DNA of 32,000 bases from Nostoc sp. PCC 7120 = FACHB-418 (lineage in GTDB: Bacteria; Cyanobacteriota; Cyanobacteriia; Cyanobacteriales; Nostocaceae). The position numbers were made by a program, and so were the translations under genes. The notes under the pieces are model-generated. The model saw nothing but the letters and a program-made list of their open reading frames with translations, searched no databases and was not told the DNA's origin. The stretch is taken from contig NC_003272.1 in the NCBI RefSeq assembly GCF_000009705.1, positions 4,620,001 to 4,652,000 of the forward strand. The letters run 5' to 3'. This document shows positions 16,981-25,246 of the stretch, piece by piece; the first letter of the stretch is position 1, and every line of letters begins with the position of its first letter.

Positions 16981-19113
16981 TTATTGTTCTGAGGAGAGGC
17001 GATCGCGCAACTCTGCTAAATTTTCACGCATAGTAACAGTATCTGGGTGGTTTGCCCCTAAAATTCTCTCTAAAATATCTAAAGCTTGAATGTACAAAGG
17101 TTCCGCTTCGCTGTATCTGCCTTGGGAATCGTAGAGTAATGCTAAACTGCGACGACTAAGTGCGACTGAAAGATGTTCTTCACCTAATAGTTTGCGCGTT
17201 AGCGCTAAAGCTTGAATGTAAAAGGATTCGGCTTCGCTGTATCTGCCTTGGTAGTGGTAGAGTGTGGCTAAATTGTTGAAGCTTTGTGCGACTGAAAGAT
17301 TTTCTTCCCCCAGCAATTTGCGCCACAGTGCCAAAGCTTGAATGTACAAAGGTTCCGCTTTGCTATATCTGCCTTGAAAAAAGTAGAGTGCAGCTAAATT
17401 GTTGAGGCTTTGTGCAACATCGGGATGTTCTTCACCCAGGAGTTTGCGCCTCATTGCCAAAGCTTGAATGTACAAAGGTTCCGCTTCGCTGTATCTGCCT
17501 TGGGAACGGTAGAGTGCAGCTAAATTGTTGAGGCTTTGTGCAACATCGGGATGTTCTTCACCCAGGAGTTTGCGACTCAGTGCCAAAGCTTGAATGTACA
17601 AAGATTCCGCTTCGCTGTATCGACCTTGAGATTTGTAGAGTCCTGCTAAATTGTTGAGGCTGGTGGCGACATCTGGATGTTCTTCACCAAACAGTTTATG
17701 GTACAGTACTAAGGCTTGGATGTATAAAGGTTCGGCTTCACTGTATCTGCCTTGGGACTGGTATAGTACTGCTAGATTGTTGAGGCTGATGGCAACATTG
17801 GGATGTTCTTCCCCCAGCAATTTACGCCACAATGCCAAAGCCTGGATGTGCAGAGGTTCGCCTTCACTGTATCTACCTTGGGAATCGTAGAGTGCGGCTA
17901 AATTGTTGAGACTGACAGCGACATCAGGATGTTCGTCCTCCAGCAGTTTACGGTACAGTACTAATGCTTGGATGTATAAGGGTTCGGCTTCACTGTATCT
18001 GCCTTGGGACTGGTATAGTCTGGCAAGATTATTGAGACTGTGTGCGACCTCTGTATGTTCTTCACCCAGCAGTTTACGGTATAGTGCTAAAGCTTGGCTA
18101 TACAAAGGTTCAGCTTCACTATATCTGCCTTGATAGCGGTAGAGTACTGCTAGGTTGTTGAGACTTTGTGCAACATCGGGATGTTCTTCACCCAGTAGTT
18201 TGCGTGTGAGTGCCAAGGCTTCTATGTACAAATGTTCAGCTTCGCTGTATTTGCCTTGGGAACGGTAAAGCAATGCTAAGTTATTAAGGCTGGTGGCTAA
18301 GTCTTGATCTAAACCTAACTCTTTTTGCAACTCAACAGCCTTGCTTAAATACTTAATGCCTAAGTCTTGCTCTTGCTGATAATCTTGAAACTCTCCCCGG
18401 TTGAGTCTTTTTCTATAAATATCTCCTAAGCTAAAGTATAAAGTCGCTAAAGTTGCATCTTTCACACCGCGCTGTTCTAAATCTTGAATAAATCCTTGCA
18501 AATCTTCTATGGGTAATAAATAATCATTTTCATCATCAAAACCTGAAATCTCATCGTCACTGAAAGCAAAACGAATTGCTTCTATATCTCTACCAGAAAT
18601 AGTATTTTTTCTTCTAGACACAAACCGGAAAACACCATTGCGCCAACTCCAAAAATCAGGTGCTTTCTTCCTCAAATCACCCAATATTTGATTAGTCACC
18701 CAGAGAACTATAGCAAAAGGAAATTCCCTTAACCCCTCTCTAGTCCACTGCAAGTAACCGAAAAAAATCTCTTGTTCTGAACGCTCATTCCCCAGCTTGA
18801 GAAAATAAAGCTGTTCTGCACCAGTTACAGTAATAACTGCTGGGTTATGTTGCTGCAAATATTCTTCTCTTTCCACCAATTGAGCAACAGCAGCCCTCAA
18901 ACTCGGTTCACCCCGCGCTAATGTCACCCGATAGCAACGAATTTCTGGCTGTAATTCTGCCTCATACTGAGCAATAATCTCATCTCGGAAACTGGCATCA
19001 TCACAAACGGCAATTAGCAAATTTAATCGATGTGCTTTAGCCTCAATAGAAACCATTAAATCATCATAAGCATCTCGATTTTCTCCATCTGCTAATAAGT
19101 CTTCATTCACCAT
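16981..19113 (-). CDS. TPR protein: unassigned ~270-aa N-terminal domain plus ten 42-aa tetratricopeptide (TPR_10/12, kinesin-light-chain-like) repeats
   Basis: Ten repeats matching VAxSLNNLAxLYxSQGRYSEAEPLYIQALALxRKLLGEEHPD (aa 272-691). The ATG start is embedded in the end of the upstream ATPase gene. Confidence 0.9.
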   Translation of the reverse strand: MVNEDLLADGENRDAYDDLMVSIEAKAHRLNLLIAVCDDASFRDEIIAQYEAELQPEIRCYRVTLARGEPSLRAAVAQLVEREEYLQQHNPAVITVTGAEQLYFLKLGNERSEQEIFFGYLQWTREGLREFPFAIVLWVTNQILGDLRKKAPDFWSWRNGVFRFVSRRKNTISGRDIEAIRFAFSDDEISGFDDENDYLLPIEDLQGFIQDLEQRGVKDATLATLYFSLGDIYRKRLNRGEFQDYQQEQDLGIKYLSKAVELQKELGLDQDLATSLNNLALLYRSQGKYSEAEHLYIEALALTRKLLGEEHPDVAQSLNNLAVLYRYQGRYSEAEPLYSQALALYRKLLGEEHTEVAHSLNNLARLYQSQGRYSEAEPLYIQALVLYRKLLEDEHPDVAVSLNNLAALYDSQGRYSEGEPLHIQALALWRKLLGEEHPNVAISLNNLAVLYQSQGRYSEAEPLYIQALVLYHKLFGEEHPDVATSLNNLAGLYKSQGRYSEAESLYIQALALSRKLLGEEHPDVAQSLNNLAALYRSQGRYSEAEPLYIQALAMRRKLLGEEHPDVAQSLNNLAALYFFQGRYSKAEPLYIQALALWRKLLGEENLSVAQSFNNLATLYHYQGRYSEAESFYIQALALTRKLLGEEHLSVALSRRSLALLYDSQGRYSEAEPLYIQALDILERILGANHPDTVTMRENLAELRDRLSSEQ
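17041..18300 (-). repeat. Intragenic tandem repeat, 126 bp x 10 (the TPR array)
   Basis: DNA strings such as ttc[cg]gcttc[ga]ctgtatctgccttgg recur with a 126-bp period. The protein repeats are near-identical except at a few columns. Confidence 0.9.
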
Positions 19114-20419
19114 TAATTAACCCCCTGCGTCTCAGAGTCTCTACAAGAATGGGGTGAATATCATACCAAGTTTCATCATTACGATATTCCAAAACATACA
19201 ACCCATGCAGTAATTCTAAAAACTCCTGTTGCTGTACATCTTCCGGCTCGAACTGCTCATAAGTAGTTTTCAAAATTTCAAAATCGTCTCTTCCTAGACG
19301 CAGAGAAAGATCATTACGAATTTGCTTAATGGCTTCTTCTATAATTTGGTCATTAATAACAATTTTCTCTCCTGGTTTCTGCCTGATAAGCCGCAAACAA
19401 ATGCGACAACACACATTACCCAGACGAATTAATTCACGCAGCACTCCACCACTGTAAACAACAATCTTCTCTGCTGCTGATTTGTCTATTAATTCACTAG
19501 AAATGCGTTTTTGTAAGATTTCACATAAAATATTTTTGGCTTCACTTCGAGGCTGGGCATCAGGCAAACGATTGTCACCCTTAGCAAAAATCTTGATAAC
19601 AGGCATCACCACAGTTTGATAATTAGTTTCTGCACCAATAAGTGGCCAGAGAAAAGTGTCACACATTACCGAAATAGGGATAGTATAGATAATCCGAAAA
19701 TTAGGTTGAAACAGAGCTTTAATATTATCTCGATAAATATCATTAACTCTTCCCAAATCTAGTTTATCTAAATCATCAATGATGACTATAACTTCTTGTT
19801 TAGTAGCAAATTGAATCAATGCAGCAATTTCATTAATTCGGGCAACTAAATCTGATATTTTCCGTTCAAATTCCTGTGTAATTTCCTCTCTAACTTTTGC
19901 GTCAGCCTTTAATTGAGCTTTCAGGAAAGTGAGCAAATTAACACTAGCTTCAATCCCACCTCCCAACTCTGCCTCTGTAGTCCGAGTACGAGTTGCAAAC
20001 CATCCATAAAGTTTATCTTTAGTAGTTTGAGGAATTTGTACTTTGCGTGCTTCTGCCTCGTACATTAAATTAAGAGCGATCGCAAACAGAATATTGACAT
20101 GATTAACAGCCGACATTTCAATAGTGTCAGCAATAGAAAATAAAACTACAAAAAAATTATCCTGAACTTGTCTACTAAATTCGGCTAATAAAGAAGACTT
20201 TCCACATCCTCGATGTCCAGTAAATACAAACTTGCCATCACCATTAGGGCTATCTTCAACTAATTGCCGCAAATCTGCTATTAAATCATCACCATAATCT
20301 ACACGAAACTGCTCCATTAATTTCTCTCCCATCAATGGAAACAATTCGAGATTGCTATAAGCTTCCTGGAAAGATTTTAATAATTCCTTAGACATAAACA
20401 AACTATGGCAACATAACAT
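19103..20419 (-). CDS. P-loop NTPase, ORC/Cdc6- or STAND-like (NBD + helical + winged-helix-like tail)
   Basis: Walker A GHRGCGKSS (aa 68-76), Walker B VIVIIDDLD (aa 210-218) and a sensor-2-like SGGVLRELIRLGN. It overlaps the downstream TPR gene by 11 nt. An alternative ATG at 20395 gives MSKELLK.... Confidence 0.85.
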   Translation of the reverse strand: MLCCHSLFMSKELLKSFQEAYSNLELFPLMGEKLMEQFRVDYGDDLIADLRQLVEDSPNGDGKFVFTGHRGCGKSSLLAEFSRQVQDNFFVVLFSIADTIEMSAVNHVNILFAIALNLMYEAEARKVQIPQTTKDKLYGWFATRTRTTEAELGGGIEASVNLLTFLKAQLKADAKVREEITQEFERKISDLVARINEIAALIQFATKQEVIVIIDDLDKLDLGRVNDIYRDNIKALFQPNFRIIYTIPISVMCDTFLWPLIGAETNYQTVVMPVIKIFAKGDNRLPDAQPRSEAKNILCEILQKRISSELIDKSAAEKIVVYSGGVLRELIRLGNVCCRICLRLIRQKPGEKIVINDQIIEEAIKQIRNDLSLRLGRDDFEILKTTYEQFEPEDVQQQEFLELLHGLYVLEYRNDETWYDIHPILVETLRRRGLINGE

Positions 20420-20511
20420 TTTTCATACTTACTTATATCATCACCCATCCTCGCAAAAATAGAACTATTCTCTGCGAAACTCTGCGCCAACCTCCGCGCC
20501 ACTTTGCGTAT

Positions 20512-20546
20512 AAAAAACATTACCCCTCTCCGCCGCCGGAAAGGGG
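20512..20546 (-). terminator. Intrinsic terminator of the ndhCKJ operon
   Basis: The minus strand reads cccctttccg-gcgg-cggagagggg then taatgtttttt. The 10-bp stem is complete only on the minus strand, where one pair is G-U (C-A on plus). It lies 50 nt after the ndhJ stop. Confidence 0.7.
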
Positions 20547-20595
20547 TTAAAGATGAGATATGAAAATTCTCACAAGCTGACACTTAGTACTCAGC

Positions 20596-21123
20596 CTAAT
20601 AAGCGTCCTGCAATTCGTAGAAATCAGGCGAAATGTAATCCTTCCGCAAAGGCCAACCTACCCAATCTTCCGGCATCAAAATCCGCTTCAAATTGGGGTG
20701 TCCTTCGTAGATAATGCCGAACATATCGTAAGATTCGCGTTCTTGCCAGTCTGCGGTTTTCCAAATCCAGTACACCGAAGGAACTACCGGATTTTCCCGT
20801 GGTAAGAACACCTTCACCCTGATTTCTTCAGGCTTATCAGCATTGTCACTCACCTTCACCAAGTGATACACGCTAACCAAATCCTGTCCTGGCCCAAGGT
20901 CAACACCACCTTGAAACTGGAGATAATTAAACCCGTAAGCATACAGGGCTGTAGCGATGGGAAGCAAGAAATCTGCCTCCACTTTAATTATCTCCACGCC
21001 GTTTTTGTCGGCTGCCAAAGATTCATGAGCAAAGCCATTTTCCGTTAGCCACTGGGAAGTCGGCCCAGATGGAACTATAGCGGCTTCTGCTGCGGGTACT
21101 GGTTGTAATTCTTCATCAGCCAC
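20596..21123 (-). CDS. ndhJ: NAD(P)H-quinone oxidoreductase (NDH-1) subunit J
   Basis: Strong NdhJ-like sequence (...VYHLVKV...[23 protein letters not shown]...). GTG start overlapping the ndhK stop. Confidence 0.95.
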   Translation of the reverse strand: MADEELQPVPAAEAAIVPSGPTSQWLTENGFAHESLAADKNGVEIIKVEADFLLPIATALYAYGFNYLQFQGGVDLGPGQDLVSVYHLVKVSDNADKPEEIRVKVFLPRENPVVPSVYWIWKTADWQERESYDMFGIIYEGHPNLKRILMPEDWVGWPLRKDYISPDFYELQDAY

Positions 21124-21853
21124 GTTTTTGTTCCTCCTTCTGGGTTTGTGATGTCAGCAGTGCTGGGGGAACAGGAAGACCGATCGCTTCTGTCAACTCT
21201 TTTGGTGGGTTGAAGCGAGTCTCTGACTGCATATACTTACCAGTTAAGATGTCTGGTACTGGCTTCAAGTTATGAGTCGTGCTGTAGAAACGATGGGTTT
21301 GCCGAATCAGACTCCGTTCCTGCATAGAGTCGTTAGCAATCTTCTTCCGCAGCTTAATAATTGCGTCGATAATTGCTTCCGGACGGGGAGGACAACCAGG
21401 TAAGTAGACATCCACGGGAATTAACTTATCAACTCCCCGCACAGCCGTAGGCGAATCAACGCTAAACATACCGCCTGTAATTGTGCAAGCACCCATCGCA
21501 ATTACATACTTAGGTTCGGGCATTTGTTCATAAAGACGCACCAATTGAGGAGCCATCTTCATGGTGATTGTCCCAGCTGTGATAATCAAATCGGCTTGAC
21601 GGGGACTGGAACGGGGAATTAACCCGAAGCGGTCAAAGTCAAAACGCGAACCAATTAATGCTGCAAACTCAATAAAGCAGCAAGCTGTACCAAACAACAA
21701 CGGCCACAGGCTCGAAAGCCTAGCCCAGTTATAGAGGTCATCAACCGTAGTTAAAATCACATTTTCCGACAGGTCTTGAGTGATTGTAGGACGTTCAATG
21801 GGGTTGATGATTCGCTCTTTGTCCTGAGTAGTTAAATCAGAATTCAAGACCAT
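21116..21853 (-). CDS. ndhK: NDH-1 subunit K
   Basis: Fe-S ligand motifs [17 protein letters not shown] and LPGCPPRPE. Overlaps ndhC by 10 nt. Confidence 0.96.
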   Translation of the reverse strand: MVLNSDLTTQDKERIINPIERPTITQDLSENVILTTVDDLYNWARLSSLWPLLFGTACCFIEFAALIGSRFDFDRFGLIPRSSPRQADLIITAGTITMKMAPQLVRLYEQMPEPKYVIAMGACTITGGMFSVDSPTAVRGVDKLIPVDVYLPGCPPRPEAIIDAIIKLRKKIANDSMQERSLIRQTHRFYSTTHNLKPVPDILTGKYMQSETRFNPPKELTEAIGLPVPPALLTSQTQKEEQKRG

Positions 21854-22206
21854 TCCAATGCTCCTTTACGCCATGCGTAAACTAGGGCGACTACAAGAAT
21901 TGCAATAAAAATTAGCGCTTCAATGAATGCCAATAGCCCCAGACGGTGAAAAGCAACTGCCCAAGGATATAAGAACACAGTCTCCACGTCAAAGACGACA
22001 AAGACCAGGGCAAACATATAGTAGCGGATATTGAACTGAATCCAGGCTCCCCCTATTGGTTCCATCCCAGATTCGTAAGTGGTGCGGCGTTCCAGGCTGT
22101 TACCAGTGGGTCTCAGGAGCTTGGACGCGGAAAGCGCTAATGCAGGAACTAGGCTACAGATAATGAGAAAGCCTAGAAGGTACTCGTAACCGCTAAGGAC
22201 AAACAC
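21844..22206 (-). CDS. ndhC: NDH-1 subunit C (subunit 3)
   Basis: 120-aa three-helix membrane protein (...YESGMEP...[23 protein letters not shown]...). GTG start. Confidence 0.95.
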   Translation of the reverse strand: MFVLSGYEYLLGFLIICSLVPALALSASKLLRPTGNSLERRTTYESGMEPIGGAWIQFNIRYYMFALVFVVFDVETVFLYPWAVAFHRLGLLAFIEALIFIAILVVALVYAWRKGALEWS

Positions 22207-22401
22207 AATGAATATCTACCGCTTATGGTGTAAATAAGGCTGTTACTTTATTTCACATTATATCTTTTTATCTTTTCTGAAATCTTCGCAACAAACGCAT
22301 TTCGAGTATTTGATTCGTTTCTATGATTGATAGAAAAGTCTAACGGGTATGTCATAATTTTTAACGTATATTTAATATTTCTTTTCTGTGAGACTTTCAC
22401 C

Positions 22402-22737
22402 ATGAGCGAACAAGCTGTTGAAAATACAGTGTTAGACCGCTTTGAGTGTCGCTCCTGCGGTTATGTTTACGAACCTGAGAAAGGGGACAATAAGCATGAC
22501 ATTGCGCCAGAGACACCATTTGCCGAACTGCCAATCAATTGGCGCTGTCCAGTTTGTACAGCGAAAAAGGCAGCTTTCACGAACATCGGCCCGGCAGGTA
22601 CAGCCTCCGGTTTCAGAGAAAATCTCGGTTATGGTTTAGGTGTCAATAAGCTCACCCCAGCACAAAAAAATATCCTCATTTTTGGTGCTTTAGCTTTGGG
22701 ATTCTTGTTCTTTATCAGTCTTTATGGCTTGCAGTAA
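22402..22737 (+). CDS. rubA: Membrane-anchored rubredoxin RubA (photosystem II assembly)
   Basis: Motifs CRSCGYVYEP...WRCPVC plus a C-terminal TM helix, in the conserved position upstream of ycf48-psbEFLJ. ATG at 22402 (MSEQAVEN) is preferred to the track's alternative start at 22327. Confidence 0.9.
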   Translation: MSEQAVENTVLDRFECRSCGYVYEPEKGDNKHDIAPETPFAELPINWRCPVCTAKKAAFTNIGPAGTASGFRENLGYGLGVNKLTPAQKNILIFGALALGFLFFISLYGLQ

Positions 22738-22745
22738 TGCTGGAG

Positions 22746-22785
22746 ATAGGGGTTTAGGGGTGTAAGGGTTTAGGGGTGTAGGGGT
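22746..22785. repeat. Octamer tandem repeat (TTAGGGGT-like x5)
   Basis: ataggggt ttaggggt gtaagggt ttaggggt gtaggggt, directly after the rubA stop. Confidence 0.8.
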
Positions 22786-22890
22786 ATAAAAATCAGCTTT
22801 TTTTACTCAGCACTCATTAGTCTTTCAATCTGCTTAAGGTAAACCTTCTAGAAAAACCTTACACAAATTCAGAAACAAATAAAGAAATCG

Positions 22891-23910
22891 ATGGTTATTG
22901 TGAAAAGTTGGCAAAAAATATTTACTTTGTTGGTGGTCTTACTCTTGTGTATTGGTTGTAGTAAGGTTCCCTCTACCAGCTACAACCCTTGGGCAGTGGT
23001 TTCTTTGCCAACAGAGGCCAAATTACTGGATATTGCTTTTACAGAAAATCCTCAGCATGGTTTTTTAGTAGGTAGTAGTGCCACCTTGCTAGAAACCAAT
23101 GATGGTGGTAATAATTGGCAGCCCCTGAATTTGGCACTGGATGATGATAGATACCGTTTTGACTCAGTAAGTTTCGCTGGCAAAGAAGGCTGGATTGTCG
23201 GTGAACCTTCTTTGCTATTGCACACCACAGATGAGGGTCGTTCTTGGTCACGCATTCCCTTGAGTGAGAAACTCCCCGGTAATCCCATCGCTATCCAAGC
23301 TTTGGGAACAGACATAGCTGAGATGGCTACAGATGTAGGTGCTATCTATAAAACTACTGATGGCGGAAAAAATTGGAAAGCCCAAGTAGAGGCTGCTGTA
23401 GGGGTAGTGCGGAACTTGGAACGTTCTGTGGATGGTAAGTATGTTGCTGTTTCTGCAAAGGGTAGTTTCTACTCTACTTGGGAAGCAGGACAAAATGCTT
23501 GGGTTCCCCACAACCGTAATAGTTCTCGCCGTGTAGAAAATATGGGATTTTCACAGGATGGGCTGTGGTTACTCGCTAGGGGTGGTCAGGTACAATTTAG
23601 CGACCCAGCTAACCCGGATGAGTGGTTAGATGCCGAAACTCCTGAGCTGGCGACCAGTTGGGGTTTACTGGATATGGCCTATCGCACACCAAACGAAGTT
23701 TGGATTGGCGGCGGTAGTGGTAACTTATTGGTAAGTACTGATGGCGGCAAAACCTGGGAAAAAGACCGAGATGTAGAAGAAGTGGCAGCTAATTTTTACA
23801 AGGTTGTCTTTCTCAAGCCCGATCAGGGATTTGTGATTGGCGATCGCGGTGTTTTACTAAAATATCAACCAGAGGCAGCAAAAACTGCCACAACAGAACC
23901 AGCTGCTTAG
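22891..23910 (+). CDS. ycf48: Photosystem II assembly factor Ycf48 (HCF136 homologue), lipoprotein
   Basis: Lipobox LLLCIGC followed by repeated beta-propeller motifs (TNDGGNNW, TTDEGRSW, TTDGGKNW, STDGGKTW). Confidence 0.93.
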   Translation: MVIVKSWQKIFTLLVVLLLCIGCSKVPSTSYNPWAVVSLPTEAKLLDIAFTENPQHGFLVGSSATLLETNDGGNNWQPLNLALDDDRYRFDSVSFAGKEGWIVGEPSLLLHTTDEGRSWSRIPLSEKLPGNPIAIQALGTDIAEMATDVGAIYKTTDGGKNWKAQVEAAVGVVRNLERSVDGKYVAVSAKGSFYSTWEAGQNAWVPHNRNSSRRVENMGFSQDGLWLLARGGQVQFSDPANPDEWLDAETPELATSWGLLDMAYRTPNEVWIGGGSGNLLVSTDGGKTWEKDRDVEEVAANFYKVVFLKPDQGFVIGDRGVLLKYQPEAAKTATTEPAA

Positions 23911-24015
23911 GTAGTTTTCCTAACTTTTATGAGAAGAAAGTTGCAACTTGTAACTCTTTCTTAACTTTGTAGGATAATAAACTCAATAACAATCTTTGTG
24001 AAGGTGGGAATCTAA

Positions 24016-24264
24016 ATGTCAGGGACTACTGGAGAACGTCCGTTTTCCGATATCGTCACCAGTATTCGTTACTGGGTAATTCACAGCATCACCATTCCAG
24101 CATTATTTATTGCTGGTTGGTTATTCGTCAGCACCGGGCTGGCTTATGATGTGTTTGGCACTCCTCGTCCTGATGAGTATTACACACAAGCACGGCAAGA
24201 ACTGCCAATTGTGAACAATCGTTTTGAAGCGAAAAAACAAGTTGAACAACTTATCCAAAAGTAG
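24016..24264 (+). CDS. psbE: Cytochrome b559 alpha subunit
   Basis: [38 protein letters not shown]... is the canonical PsbE sequence. Confidence 0.97.
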   Translation: MSGTTGERPFSDIVTSIRYWVIHSITIPALFIAGWLFVSTGLAYDVFGTPRPDEYYTQARQELPIVNNRFEAKKQVEQLIQK

Positions 24265-24273
24265 TTTGAAATC

Positions 24274-24411
24274 ATGACTAGCGGGAACAACATCAATCAA
24301 CCAGTTACCTATCCTATTTTTACGGTGAGATGGATCGCGGTTCACACACTAGCTGTGCCTACCGTATTCTTTTTGGGCGCGATCGCCTCAATGCAGTTTA
24401 TTCAACGCTAG
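24274..24411 (+). CDS. psbF: Cytochrome b559 beta subunit (45 aa; not in the ORF track)
   Basis: Hand translation: [45 protein letters not shown]. Confidence 0.95.
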   Translation: MTSGNNINQPVTYPIFTVRWIAVHTLAVPTVFFLGAIASMQFIQR

Positions 24412-24431
24412 TTCGACACTAGGAGTAAATC

Positions 24432-24551
24432 ATGGAAAGAACGCCCAATCCTAATAATCAACCGGTAGAACTCAACCGGACTTCACTTTACCTGGGACTA
24501 TTACTAGTTTTTGTTCTAGGTATTCTATTCTCCAGTTACTTCTTTAACTAA
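24432..24551 (+). CDS. psbL: Photosystem II protein L (39 aa; not in the ORF track)
   Basis: Hand translation: [44 protein letters not shown] lies 7 nt upstream. Confidence 0.95.
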   Translation: MERTPNPNNQPVELNRTSLYLGLLLVFVLGILFSSYFFN

Positions 24552-24621
24552 CTGGAACTCTTGTTGTGAATTTTCATTTATTCAACCTGTGTTGATTTGT
24601 TGTTAAGGGAGGAGAAAGCTG

Positions 24622-24744
24622 TGTCTGCTGGAAGTGGGAGAATTCCCCTGTGGGTCGTCGCTACGATCGCAGGTTTAGGTGTAATTACGGTTGTAGGTAT
24701 CTTCTTCTATGGAGCCTACGCTGGAATCGGTTCTTCAATATAAT
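24622..24744 (+). CDS. psbJ: Photosystem II protein J (40 aa, GTG start; not in the ORF track)
   Basis: Hand translation: (M)[47 protein letters not shown] lies upstream. Confidence 0.9.
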
Positions 24745-24785
24745 TTAGTCTGGGTTTTCTAGCTCTTGTTTAGAAAACAGCATTA

Positions 24786-24826
24786 AAAAACCGCCTGTCT
24801 CCAAAAGATAGGCGGTATTTTGTTTT
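24786..24826. terminator. Bidirectional intrinsic terminator shared by convergent psbEFLJ and psaI
   Basis: Stem accgcct (24790-24796) pairs with aggcggt (24810-24816). It is flanked by an A run on the left and attttgtttt on the right, so a U-tract follows the hairpin on either strand. Confidence 0.8.
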
Positions 24827-24996
24827 GTGAACTTAAAAACCAATTAGTTGAACATTTGATAACAGGCAATAGGTAAAATTTGGTAACAAGTAACTAAAAA
24901 TAAATTATTGCTCACTACCCATTACCAGTTCTTAAATTGACTACTAACAACTTAAGTTAGTATCAAATTACGTATTACCCGTTACATCCGCTTCCA

Positions 24997-25137
24997 TTAA
25001 GCAACATCTTCGCGCTCAATATATAGAAATAGAAACGAGAAGGTGGCAATTGGTACAACCCAACCAATTACGGGAACGAAGATAGAGGACAAGAAAGAAG
25101 CGTCAGCCAAGATAGAAGGCAAAAATGCAGTTGCCAT
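24997..25137 (-). CDS. psaI: Photosystem I subunit VIII, PsaI (46 aa; not in the ORF track)
   Basis: Hand translation: MATAFLPSILADASFLSSIFVPVIGWVVPIATFSFLFLYIEREDVA*. It resembles known PsaI sequences (...P.VGW..P......LFLYIE.E). Confidence 0.85.
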   Translation of the reverse strand: MATAFLPSILADASFLSSIFVPVIGWVVPIATFSFLFLYIEREDVA

Positions 25138-25246
25138 AGTAAAGTTTCCTCTTAAATCACACTACAATTCAAGACGAGCTTACTGCAAATTCAGCCAGTT
25201 TTTTTAAATTCTCAAGATTTTTAACACACCCTCATTCAGATGGTAT

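Noticed and set aside
17651-18133. Two plus-strand ORFs (79 and 76 aa) with similar sequences
   Set aside because: They are antisense shadows of the 126-bp TPR repeat units. Their mutual similarity just reflects the repeat.
20377-20583. 68-aa minus-strand ORF between ndhJ and the NTPase gene
   Set aside because: It spans the ndhCKJ terminator hairpin and overlaps the NTPase start region. The start is non-canonical and the composition is R-rich and odd. The region is more likely the terminator plus the promoter for the NTPase-TPR genes.
22327-22401. N-terminal extension of rubA proposed by the ORF track
   Set aside because: It uses a non-ATG start. The extension (IEKSNGYVIIFNVYLIFLF...) translates AT-rich promoter-like DNA, and ATG at 22402 gives the canonical ~111-aa RubA.
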